Positions 1 to 7,264 of a DNA stretch of 19,305 nucleotides are shown here, in pieces. The notes under the pieces are model-generated. The model did no database searches, was not told where the DNA came from, and saw only the letters and a program-made list of their open reading frames with translations. The DNA comes from Amoeboradix gromovi X-113 (lineage: Eukaryota > Fungi > Sanchytriomycota). Position 1 is the first letter of the stretch; the number at the start of each line of letters is the position of its first letter. The stretch is taken from the NCBI GenBank assembly GCA_018985225.1, contig JADGIF010000112.1:1-19305 (forward strand), in the 5' to 3' direction. The position numbers and the translations under genes were made by a program.

Positions 1-148
1 TTCTGCAGCGCAAGCGGTAACATAGCGATATTTTTACTTAACTGCCTTTGAAAAGTGTTTCTTTGAGAGTTTGTGTGGTTGTTGTAGATCTTGTCCTATA
101 CTCAACTCTGAGGTTTTGTAATTCAACCTGTAACAGGGATACCTTTTA

Positions 149-1825
149 ATGTCTAGACATCGATTCGTTCGCAATATGGATTACGATGATTATTTAGATG
201 ATGATAGCTATGACAGCTATAGTGAGGAAGAAGAAGCTGTTGTTGAGCTTGAATCTCGCAGACAGGAGAGTACTTATGATGTGTTTGCTAAACCTGCATA
301 TCAAGCAAAAACACAAAAAAAAGTCGAAAGAGAGCCGGAATCCAAGCGCAAAATATTTTATGTTAATGAGCTAAAGCATGCTACCAGAAATGAGAGTTCA
401 ACTGCTGAAAAGTTGGCTGTCTTGAATATAAAATCTTCAATAGTACCTGAAGTACAAAATGAGACGGCTTCAAGTATTGCTGCACCAGAAAAAAGAGTCG
501 CCGAAAAGTCAGAAACAAATTTGTCTAAATCCAAGGTAACGTTGAATGATCAAGAAGCCATTCAAGCACTTCTAGCAGGTAAACCAAATATTAACATTGT
601 CATAATAGGGCATGTAGACTCCGGTAAGTCTACATTAATGGGTCATTTGTTACATTTATTGAATGTAACAAGCGATAAACAGCTTCGTAAACAGACTAAA
701 ATGGCTCAAGAGTTAGGTAAGAAGAGCTTTGAATTCGCATGGACAATGGATGCTACAGAAGAAGAGAGGGAGCGTGGAATCACTATGGATGTTGGTATGG
801 CTTCATTTGAAACGACCAATCGTAAGTTTACAATTCTTGATGCACCTGGTCATAAGGATTTTGTACCAAATATGATCTCAGGAACGTCGCAAGCGGACAT
901 TGGAATACTTGTTATAGATTCAAAGCAAGGAGCATTTGAAAGTGGATTTACGCTTGGCGGTCAAACAAAGGAACACGTTTTACTAGCTAAAAGTCTTGGG
1001 GTTGCTGAGCTAATAGTCGTAATTAATAAGTGTGATCATAATGACTGGGATCCAACTAGATACAACTTGATTTTAGACCAATTGACTGTCTTTCTTGAGC
1101 AACTGAATATCAAGTCTGTCTTCATTCCGGTTAGCGGATTACTCGGGCTAAATATAACTCAAAAGCATAGTACAAAATGGTACTCAGGGCCTTCTTTGCT
1201 GGAACTGTTAGACATGGTTGCACTACCTTTGAGGCCTCTTGAGCGACCATTTAGAATGGGTATTCATGACATTCAAGGAACAATGGTTAGTGGAACTATA
1301 ACTAGTGGGTTTGTGCAGCCGAACCAATATGTACTGCTTATGCCAATGCAGCAAAACGTCAAAGTATTAAAAGTGTACAGCCATGATAATATGTCCGAGA
1401 TTGCAGGTGCAGGTGATTCTGTGTCTATTAACTTAGATGTGGATCCATTGTTACTGAGTAGCAATTGTGTGTTATGCCATTTATCAGATCCAATGCCATC
1501 GGCAACAGATTTGGAAGTTCAAATAGTTATACTGGACATCAAGCAACCCATAGTGCCAGGATTTCAATGCATATATTACCAAAGAAGTACTCAAACAAGC
1601 TGTAGAGTTGTGTCTTTGCAAAGTGTACACGATAAGATGACAGGAGCCATGACTAAAAAGAAGCCGAGGATATTAAACAAGCAGCAAGTAGCTAAAGTGG
1701 TTTTAAAATTAGATAATGTAACCTCTGTTGATTTGTTTCAAAACGACAAAGAATTTGGAAGATTCCTGTTAAGAAAGAGCGGTGAGACAATAGCTTCCGG
1801 TATAATATTGAAAATAGTAAAATAA
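149..1825 (+). CDS. HBS1: HBS1-like translational GTPase (eRF3/EF1A family, Dom34/Pelota partner)
   Basis: N-terminal MSRHR.VRN.DYDD typical of Hbs1; G1 GHVDSGKST, ERERGITMD, DAPGHKDF, INKCD; EF-Tu domains II/III; single 558-aa ORF. Confidence 0.93.
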   Translation: MSRHRFVRNMDYDDYLDDDSYDSYSEEEEAVVELESRRQESTYDVFAKPAYQAKTQKKVEREPESKRKIFYVNELKHATRNESSTAEKLAVLNIKSSIVPEVQNETASSIAAPEKRVAEKSETNLSKSKVTLNDQEAIQALLAGKPNINIVIIGHVDSGKSTLMGHLLHLLNVTSDKQLRKQTKMAQELGKKSFEFAWTMDATEEERERGITMDVGMASFETTNRKFTILDAPGHKDFVPNMISGTSQADIGILVIDSKQGAFESGFTLGGQTKEHVLLAKSLGVAELIVVINKCDHNDWDPTRYNLILDQLTVFLEQLNIKSVFIPVSGLLGLNITQKHSTKWYSGPSLLELLDMVALPLRPLERPFRMGIHDIQGTMVSGTITSGFVQPNQYVLLMPMQQNVKVLKVYSHDNMSEIAGAGDSVSINLDVDPLLLSSNCVLCHLSDPMPSATDLEVQIVILDIKQPIVPGFQCIYYQRSTQTSCRVVSLQSVHDKMTGAMTKKKPRILNKQQVAKVVLKLDNVTSVDLFQNDKEFGRFLLRKSGETIASGIILKIVK

Positions 1826-1839
1826 AATCTAGGAATTTA

Positions 1840-2628
1840 TTATAATTCTTCTTTTTCATCTGATTTTGATGGCTTAGCAGGCTTAACACTGCCCTTGAAT
1901 TTCGTTAGCCATTTTCTCAAGGCACCATAATCTCGAAAATCACCTTTGAATTTTGAAATATGTAAATTACGCTTTTCAGATGTTGCCTGACTGGGGATCA
2001 CTATTAATCCAGTTCCAAATTCGGAGATCAGGTCCTGGCTGCACCCAACAGCAAAATCAATTTTTTTACTGAAATCTAGAGCAAGACATTTTAATGTAGA
2101 ATCAACCTGACATTTCTTATTAATCAGAAAAGCCTTTGACAGTGTATTGTTTTTGTAGCTGTAAAAATCATTTAATGACTTCAGCAACCATTCTTTATCC
2201 TTCGAGACTTTAGGCTCATCCTTGATATATATTCGCTTCACCACATCGCTCAATTGAGAAAACAAAAAGTTTTCTATATCTTTTTCAGATCTAGAACCTT
2301 TGTAGTCAACACTGTACCGCTTCTTTTTGCCCTTTTTAAACACAGTTTTCCAAATTTTGATAGTGGGGAATCCTTCGATGCCATATTGGCCACAGGTTTC
2401 TTTATGTTCATCACAGTCAATAGCAGCCAGTTTAATACACATAGATTTACGTGCAACTGCTTCGTAAACAGGTTTAAGTTGTTTGCAATGACCACACCAT
2501 GGTGCAAAGAATTCCGTAAGAACCGGAACTGGCGACTTTTTCACAATTTTATTAAAGTTTTTAGAATTCAATAAAGTTACTGGAGTACCGACATCATATA
2601 AAGCAGCTGCTAATCCAATCCAAATCAT
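1840..2628 (-). CDS. ER protein disulfide isomerase family protein (Mpd1/PDIA6-like, one active thioredoxin domain)
   Basis: Short hydrophobic N-terminus, EFFAPWCGHCK active site, YGIEGFPTIK, C-terminal KEEL ER-retention-like signal. Confidence 0.88.
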   Translation of the reverse strand: MIWIGLAAALYDVGTPVTLLNSKNFNKIVKKSPVPVLTEFFAPWCGHCKQLKPVYEAVARKSMCIKLAAIDCDEHKETCGQYGIEGFPTIKIWKTVFKKGKKKRYSVDYKGSRSEKDIENFLFSQLSDVVKRIYIKDEPKVSKDKEWLLKSLNDFYSYKNNTLSKAFLINKKCQVDSTLKCLALDFSKKIDFAVGCSQDLISEFGTGLIVIPSQATSEKRNLHISKFKGDFRDYGALRKWLTKFKGSVKPAKPSKSDEKEEL

Positions 2629-3205
2629 GTCACAAAAATTACACGAACACGTTAAATGTCAACTACTCCAGTTACATTGATAAAGCACATCACAGAGACA
2701 GCTTGAACTTATTTATTGTCCTCCTACCAGTAAAAATCTTAAATTTATTCCTTAAATACCTATAAAAGCTTCTTATCGCATCAAGTAAAACTAAACATAA
2801 GGGACGTCAAATATAAAAACTGGACCAACTTTCTGAAACAGTTTGAATCATTATTTCAAGTGTGTATTAACCATTAGTAAATTAAATTAATCTGCTCAAG
2901 CAAATTATTTTAGTATAAAAGCTTTTCATCCATCAAAGTCTTGGAAACAATGATTAATAAGAAGAGAAACCAAAAAATAAGCTATGTGAAAGGTGGTAAG
3001 AAGAAAAAGGAACAGATAAGACACTCAAAGACCTTGCATATTTGAGAGAGATAGTGGGTCATCTTGTTATATTTTAAAGAGGGGATTGACGTTAATGAAA
3101 GAAAATTGGTTTGAAAGGACTTTTATTAATAATAGTATTTCCTCCTTATGGAGCACCTACTTTGAAAACGACTTGGTCTAGTTTTTATGTTTGGTGTCCC
3201 AATTC

Positions 3206-3330
3206 ACTCCTCGTTAAAAGTCCAGATTTCCGAGAAAATCGAGAATTTCCACAGAGAAAATAATGCTAGTTTCTCCGTTACAGTGATCGCTCACGCTTTC
3301 ACTACCCTGAGGCGGGATTGAATAAGGATG
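3206..3330 (-). ncRNA. Putative Fanzor2 omegaRNA scaffold / element right end (copy 1)
   Basis: 125 nt with 6 differences from 3856-3980; overlaps the 3' end of the TnpB-like frame; three hairpins; homology stops abruptly after ...AACGAGGAG(T). Confidence 0.7.
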
Positions 3331-3450
3331 CAGATACTTGATGTATATGTTCCTTGCTGCCATGTGGTCCATGTCCACTTCCAAACGACACTATGTACAT
3401 GAATAGCTCTCCAAATTGGTTTTCTTTAGAGCGCCACATATTGTACATGG
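3214..3450 (-). pseudogene. TnpB/Fanzor2 C-terminal remnant (Zn finger + RuvC-III)
   Basis: CTICG...YSCT*C...DMDHMAARNIYIK matches the TnpB/Fanzor2 pattern C..CG...C..C...DRD.NAARNI; one in-frame TAG at 3391-3393. Confidence 0.85.
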
Positions 3451-3459
3451 CATCAAATT

Positions 3460-3538
3460 TCCATGTTTGGACCAGTTCCTCAGTGTTGATGAATCTATGC
3501 TGTACCTGCTAGTTATTTCTTTAGAACTGATTTACCAT
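3460..3538 (-). pseudogene. IS607-family TnpA (serine recombinase) N-terminal HTH remnant
   Basis: ATG at 3538 then SKEITSRYSIDSSTLRNWSKHG; the copy at 19019-19139 reads EYVNSKEIT../SSTLRNWSKYGTIRCL; catalytic domain absent. Confidence 0.72.
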
Positions 3539-3855
3539 TTGCGAAAAGGAAGAATATCGAGTATTTAAGCTATTAGAAAATCTGGAAAAGTCTTGAAATG
3601 ATACAAAAATGCATACAAATTCGCGATAAATGATTTAATCAAGAAAATAGTCAAGCTGCCGCATAGGTTCTTCAGCACCAGTCTCACGAGTCATACGCCG
3701 CATAAAGTATTGCCTAGCTTTGTTCCGATCTTCAGCTCTGAACTGTTGCGGTAGAGCTTTGCCTACGCGCCCACTGATATTTAGAACTATATTGTTTTGC
3801 AGGCTTTAAGACAATATTTCCTAGCGTAGTTGAGCATTTGAGGTACATGCTTATA

Positions 3856-3980
3856 CATCCTTATTCAATCCCACCTCAGGGTAGTGAAAGCGTGAGCAAT
3901 CACTGTAACGGAGAAACTAGCATTAGTTTCTCTGTGGAAATTCTGGATTTTCTCGGAAATCAGGGCTTTTAACGAGGAGT
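3856..3980 (+). ncRNA. Putative Fanzor2 omegaRNA scaffold / isolated right end (copy 2)
   Basis: Inverted copy of 3206-3330; stems 3882-3887/3900-3905, 3908-3919/3924-3935 (12 bp, GCAT loop) and 3946-3951/3956-3961. Confidence 0.7.
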
Positions 3981-4530
3981 CCTTCAAAGTAGTACCCACA
4001 CCTGAAACACGCAGGCAAGAGGCGAAAGCTGTTGATCCTCAAGGCAAGGTTACATGACGTGATGACTCAGCTACCTAGTGCCAAGACCCCAAGCACATTT
4101 TCTCTGATAGTACATATCTCTGAACTTTCAAAATACTAAACCGAGTGTTGGCGCAGAGTACGTAGCCTTAGTTTCCTCGCACTGTTTGAGGCAGAAGGTC
4201 ATGTTTTATATCTAGAAACGCATCACAACCGGAGATGAAGACGATGAGAGGCAGTCTGTGGTTACATTTGGAGTAGACATGTTCGGTAGCAGTTCTAAAT
4301 GTCGCAGCCCTGGTCCTGTAAAAGAAGTGAGGAACGATATGAGAAGAAGACGCATTGAAGTGTGTGATGTGAAATGTAGATTACACTAGTCAGCTGTGCA
4401 ACCTCTGTGATCAGAGAGTAGTGCCAATGTACAGTAAAAGAGGAGATAGAAAATTGAGGTGCTAATTATCTATGTATGAATTTTGACATGGCGAGGATAA
4501 TGGAATGAATTGCTTGGCTAAATTTTTCAT
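3981..4530 (+). pseudogene. Fanzor1 nuclease pseudogene (C-terminal half)
   Basis: Frameshifted translation: SK*YPHLKHAGKRRK..LPSAKTPSTFSLIVHI..RRVRSLSFLA / LRQKVMFYI*KRITTG..SVVTFG..SPGPVKEVRNDMRRRRIEVCDV / NVDYTSQLCNLCDQ..RC. Follows the Fanzor1 pattern VVxFG..PGPVK..V.DV.E.YTSxxCxxC; 3' end approximate. Confidence 0.78.
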
Positions 4531-4694
4531 ATTCTGGCAAAAATTTAAATAAATGATTTGATTGAAAATGATTGCCAGTATACTAGAATTCACTCTTCGT
4601 CAAGTAGGTGTCCCAAGTTCAAAAATCGATACATTTGAGGGCAAATGTTTTTTTGTCAAGAATTATATGATAGGCGATGTGCAGATTATTTAGT

Positions 4695-6017
4695 TTATTT
4701 TTTACCGTCATTTCGTAAAGTAGCCATATCTTTCTTGATAACGTCTGATAATCCTGAATCCATAGTATAGTTAGAATCATCTGTTATTCCAGTAAATCTA
4801 GTGCCATCAGTGTATTCACTTAGCTTCTTCTTCGATGGCGGTTGATATGTAGTTGAAGTATAAATACTCTCAGCGTTGTTTGTTGTCGTGGTGTATGCAC
4901 TAGATGTATAATTAGAAAATGCATCACTATACCTTGAACTAGATGGGGAGGATGCCATTGATGATGAGTATGTCGATCTCATGTTCTTAATTAATTCTAA
5001 CCTCTTCTTGTTACCGTATACACTTTCTCTGGTTGCGATATCCCTTCTTTTTGTTGTAGGAACAATAAAAGACAAAGGAATGACACCCAAACCGCCAGTA
5101 CTCAAGTTTGCACCATATGCCCACCCATCATCATACTGGTGAGATATTGCTAAAATATCACCTACTGCAATTTCTACTTCATCATCTAAGGTCGGAATGT
5201 ATTCTCTAATACATTTGTAGTGATGTTCCGATTTTGCTAGTATAGAGACCAATTCACGGTCTGTTGCAGAAGATTCTACTGAATTAGTCGATGTAGTTCT
5301 TCGCTTTGGCTGAGAAGAAACTCGCTTATCAACAACATGCTCCTTGGCATAAGAATTGGTTTGATATGAGGATGCCAAAGATTCGTTTGCCTGAGATATT
5401 ATTGGAGGGTTTTGAGGTTTAGGGTCCTTGGCGGCGATCGCAACTCCCGGTTGTGCCTTTTTCATTTTAGCGCATCTAGTTACCATTATTGCAATCATGA
5501 CAATTACCGCTAAACCAGCAATAATCACTGCAACATAGCCATTGTTCCAGCCAGAAGGGGCGGCTTTGGGTAAATCTTCTTGGTTCATCTGAGCGCTAAT
5601 ACAATTTGTTGAATTACTAAACAAATCCTGATTGCAGTAATCATTTAATGAGTCTAACTGGGATTTTTTAGGACTACATCTTTTTAAAATATCCAAGACG
5701 CTATTGATATACTCATCGCAATCTGATTTGCAGAGAAAATTAGATTTTTGAATATTACATGCTACACTTTTTCCTACTATGATAGCGCACGTAAAAGTCC
5801 TCAAGTACTTTCTATGAACCACATCCTCTCTTTTACAATTGTATTCTGTTACCAGCTGATCTACACTTTTTAAGTTGATGAAATCTAAGATATTCGCATC
5901 TAAAATTGAGATATCTTTTACTGTACCGTTGTAAAATGATCTCATATGTGTATCGAATTCATATTGTTGGAACGCAGGGCACTGCTTTGAATTCTGTAAT
6001 GATAAGCAACTGCTCAT
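4695..6017 (-). CDS. Single-pass membrane protein: Cys-rich ectodomain, TM helix, cytoplasmic SH3 domain, Ser/Thr/Tyr-rich tail
   Basis: N-terminal Cys-rich region; TM YVAVIIAGLAVIVMIAIMV; SH3 YKCIREYIPTLDDEVEIAVGDIL..YDDGWAYG..GVIPLSFI. Confidence 0.82.
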   Translation of the reverse strand: MSSCLSLQNSKQCPAFQQYEFDTHMRSFYNGTVKDISILDANILDFINLKSVDQLVTEYNCKREDVVHRKYLRTFTCAIIVGKSVACNIQKSNFLCKSDCDEYINSVLDILKRCSPKKSQLDSLNDYCNQDLFSNSTNCISAQMNQEDLPKAAPSGWNNGYVAVIIAGLAVIVMIAIMVTRCAKMKKAQPGVAIAAKDPKPQNPPIISQANESLASSYQTNSYAKEHVVDKRVSSQPKRRTTSTNSVESSATDRELVSILAKSEHHYKCIREYIPTLDDEVEIAVGDILAISHQYDDGWAYGANLSTGGLGVIPLSFIVPTTKRRDIATRESVYGNKKRLELIKNMRSTYSSSMASSPSSSRYSDAFSNYTSSAYTTTTNNAESIYTSTTYQPPSKKKLSEYTDGTRFTGITDDSNYTMDSGLSDVIKKDMATLRNDGKK

Positions 6018-6662
6018 AAATTTGCAATCGGGGCAGGTCAGGGATAAATGATTTATTCACCCAATCAGATGAGTATTTAGGATTTTACAATCACACAAAA
6101 GTATCACCGTTACAAATCAAGAGAATACATCTTAAATCAATAGAAAATTTAATTTATTGAAAGGGTATCATAGAAGTCTGTTGTTTATTTTTGAAATTTC
6201 CTTATGTAGCATTTGTACTTTACGCAGTTCTTCGTCTTCCATTGACAATTTATAAAAAATTCTAGTTTTCATGATATCAAAAAGCTCTTCTATACAAGCG
6301 TCATCTATTGGACATTCTAAGTTGGTTATAAATGTATGATGGGACTGAGTCATGATGTAAAACAAAGGATGGGATACTCCAAAAAATTATTTAATTAAAT
6401 TTTTCCATATTTCACAAGTCGATGAAACCATGCGACTGTTAAAGTCACTAACATGTGTACTTTATTTTTCACGGATGAATAGCTAATAATTTGGCAAGAT
6501 TCAAACTAGCATTCACATCTCTATCTTCAGCTATCATAACTAGTTTATCATTGTCGAAATATTCATTTTTACCTAAATAAAGTAGTTTCTGTTAAGTTTA
6601 GAACCATTAAAAAATATTTGCTTATTACTCATAGTGCAGAATAGTTTCACAAATTTATTGTT

Positions 6663-6930
6663 CTCTTATGAAAAATCCCGATTTACGAAATATCAAGAAT
6701 TTCCTCAGAGAAAATAGCAATGCTATTCGCTCCAAGAGAGTGGCTGCTCACTCTCCCACTACGCTGAGCTGGTAATAACTAAGGATGTTTACACTTCAAG
6801 TATATGTTCCTTGTCCCCATTTAGACTCATTTTTAGAAAATAGGTTCTTACGTGTATCTCTCAAAACCGTTTTCCTTAGAGTATCGCGCCTTGTATACGA
6901 CTGAACAGTAAGCTTTTCAGGACATTCCAC
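6663..6930 (-). mobile_element. Diverged IS607-like/Fanzor2 remnant, copy 3 (tnpB 3' part + right end/omegaRNA)
   Basis: Minus strand VECPEKLTVQSYTRRDTLRKT aligns with PCTICGALKKT of copy 1; then MGTRNIYLKCKHP*; then a diverged scaffold with the same hairpins ending ...ATAAGAG. Confidence 0.72.
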
Positions 6931-7264
6931 CAATGATTCTGGCCTTACTTTGAGCGATAATATCATTTACATCATTTATATTCTCTGAGTATAGAAGAAT
7001 GTATTCTGCACTCCTTGATGATGTCTTTATAGCAGCCATCCATGTTCTGGTTAAGCTGATTCGGAGACATTTGTTGTAGATAAGAAGTGCTGAAAATCTA
7101 GTCAATCAGTAAATACTACATAATGACTGTTACCTATATAATTCGTGTTATCACGATAATGATTTTATTCCATTAGAGTCGATTGCTGCAGCTTCTTAGT
7201 GGGCAGATTTTAAATACAAGATCCATATTAACTTAAAATAAATTTCAATGAGTTTATTTTAATA

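Larger units (their letters stand above)
3206..3658 (-). mobile_element. Internally deleted IS607-like / Fanzor2 element, copy 1 (left end + tnpA 5' remnant + tnpB/Fanzor 3' remnant + right end)
   Basis: Minus strand 3525-3460 translates SKEITSRYSIDSSTLRNWSKHG (MerR-like HTH of IS607 TnpA). 3450-3214 translates PCTICGALKKTNLESYSCT*CRLEVDMDHMAARNIYIKYLHP... (CxxC-CxxC + RuvC-III). Homologous to 18913-19305, 3856-3980 and 6663-6930. Confidence 0.85.

Noticed and set aside
3025-3115. GIDVN as the missing RuvC-I motif, or an ankyrin-repeat remnant (TLHI..EIV..KEGIDVN)
   Set aside because: Too short and interrupted; the context fits ankyrin slightly better, but neither call is supportable.
3157-3166. 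10-nt match (TTCAAAGTAG, minus strand) to the copy-2 flank/guide as a self-target
   Set aside because: The first three guide positions mismatch, and a 10-nt match in AT-rich DNA is plausible by chance.
3206-3980. MITE/DNA transposon with 125-bp terminal inverted repeats
   Set aside because: No target-site duplication. The repeat is the 3' end of a TnpB-like ORF and occurs singly elsewhere (6663, 19276), so these are two right ends in opposite orientation.
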